Below, one piece after another: positions 11,701-21,005 of a DNA stretch of 62,507 bases. The notes beneath the pieces were generated by a model that was not told the DNA's origin, made no database searches, and saw only the letters and a list, made by a program, of their open reading frames with translations. The stretch is from Pachysolen tannophilus NRRL Y-2460 (Eukaryota): positions 1,383,989-1,446,495 of the forward strand of contig KV454014.1 in assembly GCA_001661245.1 (NCBI GenBank), in the 5' to 3' direction. The stretch's first letter is position 1. Every line of letters begins with the position of its first letter. A program made the position numbers and the translations under genes.

Positions 11701-12386
11701 ATATAAATGGGATCTTTTATATCTTGTGATTTTTTTAAAATTTGATTTAAATCTAATTGATTTTTTTCAACAATAATACCTAATGTAATTAATTTTTGTA
11801 AAATTGTATAAATTTTATTTTTATTTAAAAATTTTTTTAAAAAAATTAAAATACAATTTTTTTCTAAAAAATTTGATTGTAAATATTCAATTAATTCTGG
11901 TAATAAATCAATTAAAAATTCAATATTATTATTTTCAATTAATTCTAAAGATGATAAACTTAAAAAAATTTTTTGGAAAACAGTTAATTTAAAAAAATTT
12001 AAAAAATTTTGTATATTAAAAAATTTTAAAACTTCTTTATCAGGTGTTATTAAACTTAATTTAAAAAATTGAATTAATTGTGGTTTTTCTAAAGTTAAAT
12101 AATTTAATTCTTGATTTATTAATTTAAAAATTATTGAATTTTTTAAATCAAAATTATTTATTTTTATATCACTTGAAATTAAATTAATTAAACGACGTAA
12201 ATATTTTAAATAAACTTCTTGTGAACTATTATCTAATAAATAATGAATTTTTTTAAATGAATTATTAAAATTATCTTTATCAATATTGGTGACTAAAACT
12301 AATAATTCCGCAACAATTACTTGACTTATTTCTTTGGATAATGGGGCGCTGTTACTACTATATTTATTATTTGTGTTTTCACACAT
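5736..12386 (-). CDS. CDC39: CCR4-NOT complex scaffold subunit Not1
   Basis: About 2216 aa with Not1 motifs: FACMLHSIIDEYRFFPEYP, LKNLGSWLGRIT, PLAFPGFTFSWIALIS, NQLRYPNAHTHWFS, RPHPWGLLITFTEL. First ATG at 12386 (track start 12389 is TTG). Confidence 0.97.
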   Translation of the reverse strand: MCENTNNKYSSNSAPLSKEISQVIVAELLVLVTNIDKDNFNNSFKKIHYLLDNSSQEVYLKYLRRLINLISSDIKINNFDLKNSIIFKLINQELNYLTLEKPQLIQFFKLSLITPDKEVLKFFNIQNFLNFFKLTVFQKIFLSLSSLELIENNNIEFLIDLLPELIEYLQSNFLEKNCILIFLKKFLNKNKIYTILQKLITLGIIVEKNQLDLNQILKKSQDIKDPIYIEINNFFQTVNKMSFKDILQQLGPHNLAPDKLLTSLLNIQQQDKLDDSISILLTEILFPTSQLLDGNRYTSLTPENIVESTLNGTLLNTIFYNRLTLKPNWDVVIDKIVSQFLQNSFKLTTSSLSQFLSCLLSPQIDFFLKKLINEKKLTTLQKQLIIALHELKKMAPDGAIHVLTLDLEPVINDQPNVRDSILYFLNIAKLELITISNLQHQDQEVGDELSKLFDEDYRAVPEYLVIASISLLSDKKQNNEEEDEIILNILNSLFTQLLDINSTYLPYIVQKFHEYNNETLAQALISYHNSRSNFDSLQKSLSLAIPFEGGIEMILNGLGNFEEILVLSVEAANLGWPNLEVYLNKKFQNTEDEGANQKMLEILKFIESKCQQAIEIHNKNLKLTTVHSILNVISNQKLSAQNLEIFKNIQVQLLQVFPRLINFGFGHDEAILAADELNPHFSPEVEEKMKLYFQRMYSNELEIRTITDLLRNLKNSDNPQEQDLFACMLHSIIDEYRFFPEYPIEAIALTSVLFGSMIHFKLFEGTALQIALRYILDSARQPAESNMFKFAVQALYACRQRLPEFKNYCSILVEIPTLQTQPQVYNVITAIVNGELTPNTLSALGAYQQQHTTSQSPKEDKAKVEQSKLKSIFLSNAIKGDVPQETPDEEISDKVLFIVNNISTDNFDSKIEEMREILLDKYCEWFAFYLVVQRAKSEPNYHEIYGRLVKELHSKLFENHVLFISTQQIIKLMNVSLSNSGDQESLTDTERQNLKNLGSWLGRITISRNRPILHQNFSFNDLLVEAFDHKKLSIIIPFVCKVLDQAKYSKVFLYPNPWLLGILLILKELYEIGDLKLNLKFEIEVLCNSLNIKLDDIEASGIIRSHEPHDIDNLYESTNVIRGMAKMTLNEPEVSNMAPSATINPAMLQQQQQQLLQQQRLAQIQQQQQQQSGFAAGITSAGSVTSTASPLNMNNAQLDNSSLGPFAALHGQTSFVTHPNLKRIFQMAFARSVREILPAVVERVNGIALFTTKSLVTKDFALDGDELKLRLAAQQQVSKLAEKLTIVTCHDLLKEKVHNSLVQLLGTIVSQIDQALLDELNLAIDENIDIAIAIIQNSAVERALQDLEEILQKGYQARRQHKESRGLQPFIDISAASKYAIQLPEPLGLKLGGVTPQQLSVYENFAKQRTAQPSINLLEQQPAQQVPIQQRIVSDGHIYDQLPRTEQVNSNSQLTPNTINAMPVIQQQQLSTVQQQAQLMEQSLISLSQLLDLLLRQSTAGSNAKSLKEIPNDHQIKVIISQISTIVERYATNDQFLLKVSQAIINILFTSCDDNQLAAEIFVELLAKICSLSPITFKDVSYWLVHVYDERKLNENVMIHLLKRSLVSPVELDSTMSKLIADRNQSAIVFSVKLLTLVIASDSQITVRSQFIGVIEALRHELSIQENSIISSFFERLNEASMNPSFNSAEAMCSVYSEWVKICQRQDVKNIRLIRASFVKQLFENNILSDNESLTLFFRLATQVSVTSFIKDNDSKKQGADFYATTDAFADLIMEILINVEDDKNGSYKLTLLKAILSIVTICFAHDHEDVQGFNQRPYFRIYSTLLANWKEYKKNHKDGDLLNFDKFFYLTMAETFTSLQPLAFPGFTFSWIALISNRFFLPCILELSNNEGWSKFVPLLTALLRFQSTYVNNKDSKDMLGLVYKGTVRIFLLILHDFPEFLVQNHYQLIINIQMSHVQLRNIVLSAFPSNMTIADPFQAGLKVDRLPEINEVPVIAYDPAIDLLNKNLRKTVDNYLRVPSHSILKTIVSSLKLAEPVSESGIGFSKCTYDLKTINALVFYVGISAVNERQQTSSALFNQKSSHVSLLSGLIYESGSVELQYQILEAITNQLRYPNAHTHWFSCILIYFFSYASLWGSNRENIQELIARVLLERTIANRPHPWGLLITFTELLKNSEYAFFELGFTKSKPEFETLFGSLLRHISSSSGGVNPVAA

Positions 12387-13007
12387 CAATGTGGATACTA
12401 ATTAATAAACTCTTTATGTTAATATCTATAATTCCATTAAAACATATCCATTTATGTAATCTTAAATGAATCGTTTTTATAAAAAAAAAAAAAAAAAATA
12501 AATCAAATTAACTTTACTTTTTTTTTAAATAGTAAAAACAGAAAAGAAAAGAAAATAAAAGAAAATTATATCTTTTTTAAAACAATTTTCTTTTCTTTTT
12601 TTCTTTAATTATAAAACAAATCAAACAACAAAAAAAAAAAAAAAAAAACAACCCAATCTTTTATATTCCAAACTTCTTCTTTCCCCAATACTAATTAATA
12701 ACAGATTGATTAATTTTCAAATCTGTATTTTCTTTTAATTAAAACCACTTATTTTTATTCTTGTTGTATATATTTTCTTCCTTTTTAAGTGTCTCGACGT
12801 TTTTTTGTTTTTTTAATTTTTTTTAATTTTTTTTTTACTACTTTTTTTCTGTCATTTTAAATAAAGAGAATTTACCCGGATATTTATTTTCACCTATACA
12901 AAAACTATATAGTATATAATAGCAACGACAAGAAGAAAGTTAATGAGGTGGATCTTGTTTATAAGATAAAGAAAAGAGTAGGAAGTTAATGGGTAGGTGG
13001 TGATTCA

Positions 13008-13481
13008 TTAAGTTTTATCTGTATTTAGTTCTTTGCACTCTTTACAGTCTGTGTTTGGTAAATTTTGTGATTGATTTGTTGTATTAATATTGTTTAAATT
13101 TTTTTTCGGATTTTCTTCAGTAATTAATAATTCTGATTTAACATTATTATCTATATGACCTAATCTTTCTCCTGGAAATAATAAATCTCGTATTTTTTGT
13201 TTTAATAATTTACTATCTGGGAAACCTCCATCTCTTTTTCTTTCCCAAATTAAATGACCTTGATTTTCTAATAATTCTTGTAAATTTTTGAAAACTTCAA
13301 TTTTAAATGTACCTGAAACTAATGATGGAATTAAACTTATTTCACCAATATGATAATTTTCATATTTAGGATTTTTAACAAATGTTTGAATAATTTCTTG
13401 TTGATACCATGAAGCTCTTAATGACCATTTACAACCAACACAATAAGAAATCTTAATTTGTGGAAATTGTAAAGCACTCAT
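13008..13481 (-). CDS. Rdx-family (SelT/SelW/SelH-like) thioredoxin-fold protein
   Basis: ISYCVGCKW (CxxC), LRASWYQQE..QTF and IWERKRDGGFPDSKLLKQKIRD are family hallmarks. Confidence 0.9.
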   Translation of the reverse strand: MSALQFPQIKISYCVGCKWSLRASWYQQEIIQTFVKNPKYENYHIGEISLIPSLVSGTFKIEVFKNLQELLENQGHLIWERKRDGGFPDSKLLKQKIRDLLFPGERLGHIDNNVKSELLITEENPKKNLNNINTTNQSQNLPNTDCKECKELNTDKT

Positions 13482-13945
13482 ACCAATTCAATAGAAACAA
13501 AACAAAACAAAACAACTAACTATCCAACAACTCTTAACTACAATCTTTTATTGATTATAAATTAAGATTATCTAAATGGCGCTTCAGTGTTTTCAAATCA
13601 ATTTTGAATGCTGCAGATGGGTTGTTTCTAATATGCACTACCAACTTTTTTTTTTTACCCATATACAGTACAAAACATGGTGAGAAAGCAATCAATTATA
13701 GATCCTAAATCAGTCATTCAAGTTATCTACAATGTAAATTAAATTTCTTAAAAATAGTATTGTATCATCTTATAAATAGAGAGAAAAAAAAAAAGAAGTA
13801 AAAAATAAATGATTTATATAATATATTTATCATGTATTTAGCACTAGAAGTTTTCCCTTATAAAAGAGATTGTAGTTCTTGTGCATAAGTAGTTTACTGT
13901 TCTAGTCTTGGGTTAATTTTTTTTTTATTGTTCTTTTCTCTGGAT

Positions 13946-14369
13946 TCATTTTTTGACATCGTCAGCAACTTTTTCAGCACCACTTTGAGCACCTTCCTTG
14001 GCGCCAGCGGCAGAGCCTGAAAGATACTCTACAGCTTCACCAAGCTTTCCCTTTGCTGAATTCAAGTATTCTTGAGCAGTATCAGTCAACGACAGATCGC
14101 CGCTGGCTTTACTCTTGCCGCTTTCAACAGCGTCACCAACAGTTTGTCCAAACGACTTGTTGTTGTCCGGCTGGACTTCTTTGGCAATGGTGTCATAAGC
14201 ATCTGTGGCCTTTTCCTTTGCCTTTTCAACATATGTTTTCTCGGAATCAGGTTTAACTGATTCAGTAACCTTGTCTGATAAGTTTTTACGACCAGCTACA
14301 TAATAAACAATTAGTTTCTGACCCTGAAACAAACTTAATAAAAATTTAAAAATACTTACTGTCTGACAT
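13946..14369 (-). CDS. HSP12: Hsp12/Hsp9 stress protein; two exons, 14369-14360 and 14295-13946
   Basis: Splicing gives MSDTGRKNLSDKVTESVKPDSEKTYVEKAKE, matching the Hsp12 N-terminus. The ORF-track N-terminus reads through the intron. Confidence 0.92.
14296..14359 (-). other. Spliceosomal intron of HSP12 (64 nt)
   Basis: GTAAGT donor, AACTAAT branch-like site, TAG acceptor; removal restores the frame from ATG 14369. Confidence 0.88.
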
Positions 14370-15406
14370 TTTCTAGTTTTAAAGTTAAAATTGTTCAATA
14401 AGAGTAAAAGATAGATATTTCAAATAACAAAAATTGATATTATTAAAAGATGTTAATTGAAGTATTATAGAAATTTTTCAATCTATTTATACCATTTTTT
14501 TTTTTCTCTTTTAAAAGAAAAAAAAATCAATATTTACTTTACATGATCCAAGAAGTTTATAGAAATAAATAGAATAATAAGCAACTACGTATCTCATATC
14601 CACAAATCATGCTTGAAAATAGATAATTTAACTCATTGTACTTATCTTGCTTTTCAATTATTATTTGAAGTATTAGCAATTATTAGCAACTATAGTAGTA
14701 AAACTCTGTTTACTATGAAGCAAACATACATAAAACATGCATACACGACTTCATTGCTATTTCTCTTTAAATGACACCGATGAATTGCAGTTACCTTTTT
14801 TCTTATGAATGTTATTAGTTTGTAGGATTAATGATCAAACCATGCTCATCGCCTCCGAGAAAAAGGGTTTTTATTTTTAAATTTCTTTTTCTTTGCGCAA
14901 AAAGTTACCTCTTTGCTAGTTCTTTTGCTATTACTAAAGAACCCTTAAGTTGCAGGGGAAAAAACCAGTAGTTGCATATACTTACGTAAAATAATCAAAG
15001 ATCATTTAGTGAATCAAATCTACAACTTTGGGGATCAGATTTTGTTTAGCTAATCAGAATCTTAAAGCAAAAAAATAAAAAAACAAAAAAAAAAGGTCAG
15101 GGTTATATTATTAAAATAAAATTGATCTCTTTGTGACTTAAACTATAAGCAAGCTTTATTGTACTACTAACAGTTTTACTCTTGAAAAATTTAAATGAGT
15201 TTCTTTAAGATATCTCGAAGGCAGGAAAAAAAAAAAAAAAGAATTAGACCATCTGCTAACTATTTGGAAGGAAGCAAAAACCAATAAGAATCAATTTATT
15301 ACTTCCCGTGTCTACGAAGCAAGTTGGCAATAATCAATTATACTACAGAAATGTGGTTCTTTCTTTAATTTTCTAGTTTTACTCTCTATGCATAAATACT
15401 TATAAA

Positions 15407-16408
15407 TTAGAAAAATCTAAACTTAACATCATATTTCGTGAAGAAAGCAGCAAGACCAACCAAGCTTACATCGAAAATTGTAGTTAATATAGCTCTAGAT
15501 ATATTTTCATTTTTAAACAAAGAAGTTAATGTATTCTTAGCTTTAAACCATAAAGATTTATTTTCTCCCATTGTAAGTAATACGTAAAAAAATTCACCTG
15601 CAAAGTAAACTTCTAAAGATTTTTGACCCACATTATTCAATGATTGAATAATAATAGATGGTATATAAGGTAAACTTAATTTAACTAGAGTATATTTCAA
15701 TATACTCCAGCCACTGGAAGCCATTACAAAAGTTGGAGTCCATAATGGTTTAGAAATTGGTAAATACTTTGGGAATAATAAAGATAAACTTTTACCCAAA
15801 ACCATTAATGAACAACCAATAATAACGGAAGTTTTCAATGAAAAATTTTGAGAATTAAACCAAATTCCTGACCATATAGTTACAGCAGTACAAAGTGCAC
15901 CTAAAAGTCCCTCAGGATCAAAAGTTTCCCTATATATTCTATCAGCGAAAACTGGTTTATCAAAGAAATGTTGTGCAGTATTTTCTGGTCTATCAAAAGG
16001 ATCAGCTTTATTCTTAGCAAATAAAATAGAAATCAGTAACCATACACTAGTTAAAATTGCAGGAGTATAATACGAATTTGTATTTGGTATTGTTTTCAAT
16101 ATTAATGATGCCAATCCATGTCTTTGTAAAACACCAGGAATCCTTAATTTTGTCCCATAACATAATGAAGGAATCGCATTAAAACACAACCCTAGACCAA
16201 TCAATTGAATATCCCTCTTAGCAGGTGATGTTCTACCTAAACCCATCCCAGAGAGAAATGAAAAACATGGGAATATACTATCAGCATAATTGAATTTTTT
16301 CTCTTCAAACAGAGCATGGTCAAAAAATGGGTGATCACATGTCTCCGCATTCTCCATTTCTAAGACAGTTATGCCTCTCAACACATCTAAACTTATATCT
16401 CTAACCAT
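15407..16408 (-). CDS. Membrane acetyltransferase, heparan-alpha-glucosaminide N-acetyltransferase (HGSNAT/NagX-like) family
   Basis: Motifs RxxSLDVLRG, ADSIFPCFSFLSG, RIPGVLQR, FDPEGLLG and PISKPLWTPTFV; multiple transmembrane segments. Confidence 0.85.
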   Translation of the reverse strand: MVRDISLDVLRGITVLEMENAETCDHPFFDHALFEEKKFNYADSIFPCFSFLSGMGLGRTSPAKRDIQLIGLGLCFNAIPSLCYGTKLRIPGVLQRHGLASLILKTIPNTNSYYTPAILTSVWLLISILFAKNKADPFDRPENTAQHFFDKPVFADRIYRETFDPEGLLGALCTAVTIWSGIWFNSQNFSLKTSVIIGCSLMVLGKSLSLLFPKYLPISKPLWTPTFVMASSGWSILKYTLVKLSLPYIPSIIIQSLNNVGQKSLEVYFAGEFFYVLLTMGENKSLWFKAKNTLTSLFKNENISRAILTTIFDVSLVGLAAFFTKYDVKFRFF

Positions 16409-17153
16409 TGTCTTCTCCTACTATAACTTATTCTTGATTTTTAGTTAAATTAGAAATGAAAAGAAAAAAAATAATGTTGTACAAAACCTACTTAAATATA
16501 TGTCCGAAACTAATAAGGAAACGGATAGGCAAAGATAATGCAATTGAAAAAAAAAATAATGTTACGCGTTTGCAGCTTTCTTGCAGAATTTAATCAAAAT
16601 TTAAATTACTATACAAAACTGGTTTTTGTTATTTTTTTTTTTTTTTTTTTTGTGACTTATCCAAAGGTGGAATGATTGATAATTTGAAACTTTAAAGCCA
16701 TTAATCTCAAGTCAAGTTCATATCACATAAAAAATTTAGTTTTAAAAGATATTCGGGATCTTCTAAAATGCAACCAAAAGGAGTTGGCTGCAAAAATTTA
16801 AGGCACCGTCCACTCTGCGGCGGTAAATGTTGAAGCTTTGACGATCCAAATTTGTTAGTGAATTTAATAGTATGTAGCAACGCTTTCATGCTAATGATTC
16901 TATAGTGAAATTTTTTCTTTCTTTATTGTAAAGATGAAAACTGTAACCTTCAATTTAGCTGTTACTACGAGATTTCAAGATAGTTCTTTGAGCCGCATTC
17001 AGATTTAATAAGGAACTACAACCTTAACAGTATTTGCATGAAATTGAACATGCAATTCTGAGTACCGAAGTACCGATAAGCTTTTATTTTGAACTCATAT
17101 TTAGTGAACCAATTTTCTCAGTGTAAAAATTATTTATTTTTGATTCGGTAAAA

Positions 17154-18814
17154 ATGAGTTGTTCTAATTCTTTGAATAAAGATAAAAACATTACAGCGGT
17201 TGAAATCACCGAAAATGTTGAAGATGACATTGATGAAATAATTTTGAAAACCAAAGATATTGCTGAGGAAGAAAAACAGGTGAGCGTATTTGAGGCTGTT
17301 AAGCGGTATCCAAAAGAGATTTTATGGTCTTGTATTTTCTCTTTAGGTGTAGTTATGGCTGGTTATGATGCTCAGATTATCTCATCATTTTATGCTTTAC
17401 CATCATTTCAAAAACATTATGGTATTCCTGATGGAGATGATTCTTATTATATTACTCTGGCTTGGCAAACTGCCTTAGGTATGGGTAGTCCAATTGGCCA
17501 AATCATTGGAACTTTATTTTGTGCATGGCCTTTAGAATGGTTTGGCCGTAAGAAAACTTATGCTCTGGTTAATGCTGGTTGTATTGCATTGGTCTTTATG
17601 CAATTTTTTGCTCCAAGTATACAAGTTTTATGTGCAGGTGAAATCTTAGCGGGCCTCTTATGGGGTTTTTGCGTATTAATTGGTCCAACTTTTGCCTCAG
17701 AGATTACACATACCTCTCTTAGAGGAATCTTGGAAGTAGTCAATAACTTAGCGTTCGTTATCGGACAATTTATTGCCAACGGTTTAGCAGCAGGTATGCA
17801 AAGTCGAACAGATTCTTATGCATACAAGATTCCATTTCTGATACAGTGGATTTGGCCTTCAATCATTTTATGTACTATTTATTTTGCACCTGAATCACCA
17901 TACTGGTTAGTTAGACAGAAAAAATTTGAAGAAGCGAAAGAATCGTTGCGTAAGATCTCTTCTAAAAATGAAAAAGAATCACAAATTGAAGACAGATTAA
18001 AATTAATCATAGAAACAGATCTGTTGGAGCAACAGATTGATCGCACCACATCACATAAAGATGTGTGGAAAGGTATTAATTTGAAAAGAACAGAAATTTG
18101 TTCAATGGTCTATTGTATTCAAATTTTTTCTGGTAATCCTCTTTGTGGTGGTTATAGTACTTATTTTTTTGAAACCCTGGGGTTGTCCTCTTCTAACTCA
18201 TTTAACTTGGCTCTTGGATCCACTGCTATTGGTTTTTTTTTACATGTTTATCATGTTTTATGTTATCATGGTGGGGTAGAAGAACAATATATAATTATGG
18301 TTTAGTTGCCTGCACAATCATTTTATTTGTTGTTGCTTTCTTGGACTGTTCTCCACTGTATGATACAAACAGTGGTATTCGTTGGGCCCAAGCTTCTTTG
18401 TTTCTTGTTTGGGCAGCTGTTTATCAAGGAACAATTGGCCCAATGACATTTGTTATTATTGGTGAAGTTCCTTCAACTAAATTAAGAGGTAAAACTATTG
18501 CAGTTGCAACCGCTTTACAATCTGTCTGTGCTTTAGTTTTCACTGTTATTATGCCCTACATTTTAGAACCAACAGAAGGAGATTTGAGAGGTAAATCTGG
18601 ATTTATATTTGGTGGACTCTCATTGTTATCTATAGTGTGGTGTTTTTACAGATTACCGGAAACTAAAGGAAGAACTTTTGATGAAATAGATGTCATGTTT
18701 CACAGGCAAGTTCCTCCTAGAAAATTCAAAAACTATGATTTATTGGGTGAAACTATTACTAATTTAGGAATTGAAGACAATGACCAGTATAGTACAAAAG
18801 TCACCGAAGCGTAA
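17154..18814 (+). pseudogene. Sugar porter (maltose/alpha-glucoside permease-like) split by a 1-nt frameshift in a T-run; pseudogene or assembly error
   Basis: ORFs 17154-18305 and 18260-18814 are consecutive parts of one paralog of 45946-47622. Adding one T to the T9 run at 18233-18241 gives GFFFTCLSCFMLSWWGRR, versus GFVFTCLSWFIMAYVGRR in the paralog. PESP and LPETKGRT motifs are present. Confidence 0.85.
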
Positions 18815-19730
18815 ACGAAGAAATACAAAGTTCCGTTATGGTGCAACAGTATACCTATTTAAATATTTATAATTATATATTTTAATTTATTAGAGTTGAC
18901 AAGAAGTCACATTGACACATCTCTTCGTAATGTAGGGCAACAAAAACTAATTTTTAAATAACAATTTCCTAAAAACCAAAGAAGAAAAAAAGCAAAATAC
19001 AAATCACCGTCTCCATCCAATGTCTGTTTCAAAATACCGATAAAGCATTTGTGATGTTTATCTCTTCCATTTCTTATCGTCGGTCTCTTGAAGTGCGGCT
19101 CAAAATTTTCATGCATAAAAGATTTTAGATAAATGTAACATTGCAATTTTTGTTTTCGGCATGGTTGGTTACAATCTCTTTCTCCAGTTACTTTTTTTCC
19201 ACGTTACATTGAATATATATCAAAATAAAGGATCTGAGAACCTTATAGGGAAACAATTGTAATCGGAACCACTTTGATTTTACAATGTAGCGTGTGATAA
19301 CTTGAGCTATCTGATTTACAGGTTGTTGAGATCTTACACTGGAGGAATGTAGAATAAATCAGGTTATATCTTCAAACTAATAGTTAAAACTACAACCTAA
19401 AGACATAACATTTCTTATCTTTTGATCACTTTGCCAAATTGCAAATAGCTAGGTACCTATCGCCAAAAAAAAAAATCTGTTCTCGGACTTTCTTTACATA
19501 TCAATGTGATATGTAAAAGAAGATAAGTTGAAAACTAAAAAGCAAAAAAGAACAAGAAAAAAAAAAACGCACACACCCAACACATACAACTAAACTATTA
19601 TCCATTAGGAACTAATACCTTATAATTTTCTTCTCTTTATCTTCTCTTTTTCTATACTTCAATTATCATTCATCATTGAAACTATTGAAAAATACAAAAC
19701 GTCGTGCACAAATATACTAATTGATATGTG

Positions 19731-19790
19731 ACGCGTAAAATTCTTTAAAAAAAAAAAATCAAAGAAAAAAAGGAAAAAAATCAAACCAGC
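19731..19790. promoter_or_regulatory. MCB element and Swi5/Ace2-type site upstream of the Sic1-like gene
   Basis: ACGCGT at 19731-19736 and ACCAGC at 19785-19790 in otherwise poly-A sequence. Confidence 0.45.
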
Positions 19791-20013
19791 CATTTATTTA
19801 ACCAAAAGGAATTAATTTAATAAAGTATCAGTAATTTTTTTTTCTTTTGATTCTAACGGTAATATTTTGATTTAGTTGTTGTGGTGCTAATCATTTTAGT
19901 TTTGTTATTGTCATTGCTCTTACTGCTACTTTTTTTGCTGTTTTAGATATTGCTATTTTTATTGTCAATTTGATTTTTTTTTTTTTTTTTTGCAAATTGA
20001 CCTAACCACAAAT

Positions 20014-20805
20014 ATGTCTTCGTCTTCATCATCATCATATATTCCACAAACTCCTCCTAGGTCACATAAAAAAACGAAAAGAGGCAATAACTCTCCATTC
20101 ACTCCAAATAGCCCAGTCACTAGAACATGTCATAACAATAAGGATAAGGTATCTTTGGATTTTAAAATATCTTCCAAGACTTCATTATTAAAGACACCTT
20201 CGTCAACTTCTCATCAACAAGGAAAACCTTTCACAATATATCAAACTCCGATTACTCCTCTATCGATTGCACATAAGAGAACTAGAAGTGATTTAATACC
20301 AACAACTCCAGTTTCTTTTACACAAACTTCTTCAAAAGAAGGTTTAACTACGCCTCAATTTTCAGGAAGATTATTATTTCCTGTTAACCCAGCAAGAATT
20401 GGAAGTGGGAGGTCACATCATAAACTGTCGTTAAAAACACCATCATTGACTTCTTTATTAAACAAGGCTGCTTTATCTGAGAGTGAAGGAGATATATCAG
20501 GAGAAGAAGATGAAGCAGAATTATTTGAACAACGTGGTCCTTCAACGCCTAAAAAACAGTTATTTTTTCAAACTCCAAGAACTCCTCCAAAATTGAAAAA
20601 AAGAAAAGATGAAGAAGATATTATAAATGATTTAGATAATAATTTAGGATCTAGAAAGAGAAAAAATGTTTTCATAAATGAAAAAGAAGAAGATAAGAGA
20701 GAAATTGTTTATGTTAATAGATATGGAGAAAAGAAAGTTCAAAAATTAAATGAAAAAGAAGTACAGGCTTTAAAACATACAAAGAGAAAATTAAGTTTCA
20801 CATAA
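20014..20805 (+). CDS. Disordered S/T-P-rich protein, probable Sic1/Sol1-type CDK inhibitor
   Basis: Many TP/SP CDK sites; the C-terminus EIVYVNRYGEKKVQKLNEKEVQALKHTKRKLSF resembles the Sic1/Sol1 inhibitory tail. ATG at 20014 (track start is TTG). Confidence 0.6.
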   Translation: MSSSSSSSYIPQTPPRSHKKTKRGNNSPFTPNSPVTRTCHNNKDKVSLDFKISSKTSLLKTPSSTSHQQGKPFTIYQTPITPLSIAHKRTRSDLIPTTPVSFTQTSSKEGLTTPQFSGRLLFPVNPARIGSGRSHHKLSLKTPSLTSLLNKAALSESEGDISGEEDEAELFEQRGPSTPKKQLFFQTPRTPPKLKKRKDEEDIINDLDNNLGSRKRKNVFINEKEEDKREIVYVNRYGEKKVQKLNEKEVQALKHTKRKLSFT

Positions 20806-21005
20806 TTTCTTTCTTTTTTTTTCTTTCTTGTTCTTCTTAAAAGATTCAATATAATATTTTTAGTTTTTTTTGTATTTGAAACAATTGGGCGGTTAATACA
20901 ATACAGAGAGTGAGAAATTAATGTGAATGGGTAATTTATTTATTTATTAATTAAACTGTAGCGAAAATGACTAGAAATGTAATTTATAGCAACTAAAATG
21001 ATAAC

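Noticed and set aside
13008..13481. Possible selenoprotein (SelW-like)
   Set aside because: The motif is CxxC with ordinary Cys codons and no in-frame TGA.
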